Positions 61,975 to 64,000 of a stretch of DNA of 64,000 nt are shown piece by piece. Each line of letters starts with the position of its first letter. The first letter of the stretch is position 1. Source of the DNA: Pseudogymnoascus verrucosus (lineage: Eukaryota); NCBI GenBank assembly GCA_001662655.1, contig KV460218.1. One strand, 5' to 3'. A model generated the notes under the pieces. It had not been told where the DNA came from, searched no databases, and was given only the letters and a program-made list of their open reading frames with translations. A program made the translations under genes and the position numbers.

Positions 61975-62333
61975 TGTGTATTTTTTACTCGGTTGTCCTA
62001 TAATAGACAGGTTATAAAAGGATATCAGGATGTTATTGTGATTGTGGTGCACAGTGGGTGAATAAACACAGAATGTGTACAAGTATATGGCTATAATATT
62101 CAACTAAGATCTAGCTAACTAAGTAATCAAAACGCCAGATCCCTGTTACCGAGCGCCAATTCTAGAAACGACTGTCCTCTATCAAATGTTGCCTCGGCCT
62201 TCGCTAATGATATAAGAGAAAGAAATATGGTCCAGTGTTGATACAATGCTCCTTCTTCACAGACTCCCACCTTCTTCAAAGGCTCCTCTCTCGCCAAAGG
62301 CTCTCTCCCCCTTCAAAGGCTCTCTCTCCTTCT

Positions 62334-63260
62334 TCAAAGGATATCCCACGCTTCGGTCCTCTGATTCTGTCGACTGCCAGACTGAGAGACGATCTGCAAG
62401 AGGCTCAGCGCGTTGTGCAGCTGATCCACCCTTCCTTCCAGGTCTCTCAAGGCCTTTACTAACTCGTCGACATCCAAGCTCTTCCTCTCCTTCGGCGTCG
62501 GCATCGGCATCGGTGCACCCGGTCGCTTGCAGTGACAAGGGTCAAGGAAAGGGTCGCCCTCCACAACATTCAGGCCGCCCCATCCTGGGAATCGGTTTCC
62601 AACCTCAGGAAAGCTGTCTCCTGGCATCTCATAGATCGGGAACGGCGACGGGGTGCGTGGTGGAGTGCGCGGCAACGTGAATTGCGGCGAAGAGAACGGG
62701 GACGGACCAAACTCCAGCAAACTGAACTGTGGCGAGCCGAACTGTTCCTCCTCCCTGTCATCAATCCACCCTGACTCGGCGCGTCTCACGAACCGATACA
62801 ACTTCTCCCTCGACTCCTTGCGCAGCATATACTGCACGCCATCATCCCTCATCCACTGCTGCAAGATATCAAGCGGCACCTCGCGACACTTGTCCAAGCG
62901 CACCCAGCTGGTCTTTGGAAGCTGCGTCACGCATCCTGGGGTATTGACGAGGTTGAGCTTGGGGCCAGTCTGCTTCTTCATCCAGTTCGGCGTCGCGATC
63001 TGGAGGTAGTTTCGCGGGTCGACGGAATCGTCCCGGGTCGAGGTCAGGGAGACCACTTCGGCGCGGTCGTGGCCTAGTTTGCGCACCACGAAGACGGGGT
63101 GCAGGAAGAAGGAGTCGCAGAAGCCGAGCTCGCTGCGTGCGGCGGCGGGCCAGTCGATGCGAGCCTTGAAGCGGAAGGCTTTGCCTTCAATGGACTTGTG
63201 GCCCTTCATATTGAGTGGTGGTGGGGTAGTTGGGGTAGAGAGAATGTATGGCAGAGACAT
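62334..63260 (-). CDS. Hypothetical protein (308 aa): MazF/PemK-like motif region, Pro-rich linker, short coiled coil
   Basis: The ORF track starts at TTG 63368; the first ATG is at 63260. Motifs HPVFVV..AEVVSLTS..YLQIA..LPKTSWVRLDK..VPLDIL..YMLRKES, then LDVDELVKALRDLEGRVDQLHNAL. Confidence 0.65.
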   Translation of the reverse strand: MSLPYILSTPTTPPPLNMKGHKSIEGKAFRFKARIDWPAAARSELGFCDSFFLHPVFVVRKLGHDRAEVVSLTSTRDDSVDPRNYLQIATPNWMKKQTGPKLNLVNTPGCVTQLPKTSWVRLDKCREVPLDILQQWMRDDGVQYMLRKESREKLYRFVRRAESGWIDDREEEQFGSPQFSLLEFGPSPFSSPQFTLPRTPPRTPSPFPIYEMPGDSFPEVGNRFPGWGGLNVVEGDPFLDPCHCKRPGAPMPMPTPKERKSLDVDELVKALRDLEGRVDQLHNALSLLQIVSQSGSRQNQRTEAWDIL

Positions 63261-64000
63261 GACGATGATGGGTGTGTGTAGGTGGTTTGTGAGTGGTTTG
63301 TGAGTGGTTTGTGGGGGTGATGTTGGCCGAATGCGGAGGCTTGCAGCGTTGCCTTGGGGAGATGCCAATAGAAGATGCAGTTGAGTGTTACAGAAGAATG
63401 ATCCTAATCATGCAGATGCAGGTCGTGATATATATACATGTGTGTGCATGACACCACCTCCAACAGATAAGGGTTGAAATGAAACCTCCAACGGACGGAG
63501 GCTGTGGATTGAATCTGCCCATCGTAGGCGCTCACCTTCGAAGTCTGGCAAAGACCGAAGACAGACCAACATCATGGCAAGCGCTCTTTTGAAGCGCCAA
63601 CTTACACTGAATATCAGAATATCGCCGCGTCATCTTGGAGGGCGTCAACCCACGGGGTCGATGTGAAGGGACAATAGGACGGGTTTCCCATTCCATGTAT
63701 CCCTCAGAACTGCCTCACACGGCCAACAATGGTCCCCATCCCCTGATAAGGGTCGCAAAAGGTTGCGACCTTGACAGATCTCATGATCGTTTTTCCCTTC
63801 TTTCATATGTTGGTTTTGAAGATGTTGGGCGGCTATGGTGTTGGTGGTGGGCAGGCGCAGCGCTTAGCTCGGAACCGTTGGCCGCCGGCCAAACCCCTCA
63901 TGAGTGAATTTCCATGTCGATGCCAACATCCAACAGACATGGCGCGATTAAAGAATCAAAGGGGCACTCTACTATGTTGCTCAAAGTCCGATAGAAACCG

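Overview
Gene-dense nuclear DNA from a filamentous ascomycete (short GTRNGT...CTAAC...YAG spliceosomal introns, nuclear ATP1). I can support about 28 protein-coding genes plus one pseudogene. Most are conserved housekeeping genes, often in head-to-head pairs: TBF1, PMT4, a gamma-butyrobetaine-dioxygenase-like gene with TPC1, TAF10, MPO1/RPB7, YEN1/ARP10, ATP1, RPL27, DAL2/ARG1, an aldehyde dehydrogenase, RTP1/DAD3, MRPS5/TRM2 and CRO1/TFB4. I recognised no rRNA, tRNA, CRISPR array or intact transposon. The most unusual items are: (1) a tandem array of five intronless paralogues (43.5-47.8 kb) with an N-terminal F-box and an 8-Cys (4xCxxC) domain with hypervariable loops, one copy pseudogenised; (2) six TCACGTG (Cbf1/E-box) motifs phased at 23-24 bp upstream of TBF1, with the same 24-bp spacing again upstream of ARG1; (3) a 585-nt allantoicase intron built from tandem hairpin-forming repeats; (4) an orphan protein with a MazF/PemK-like motif pattern; (5) a GAF-domain protein with no visible output domain; (6) a C-rich to G-rich strand skew that resets at introns. 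All assignments come from reading motifs by eye; no database search was run.
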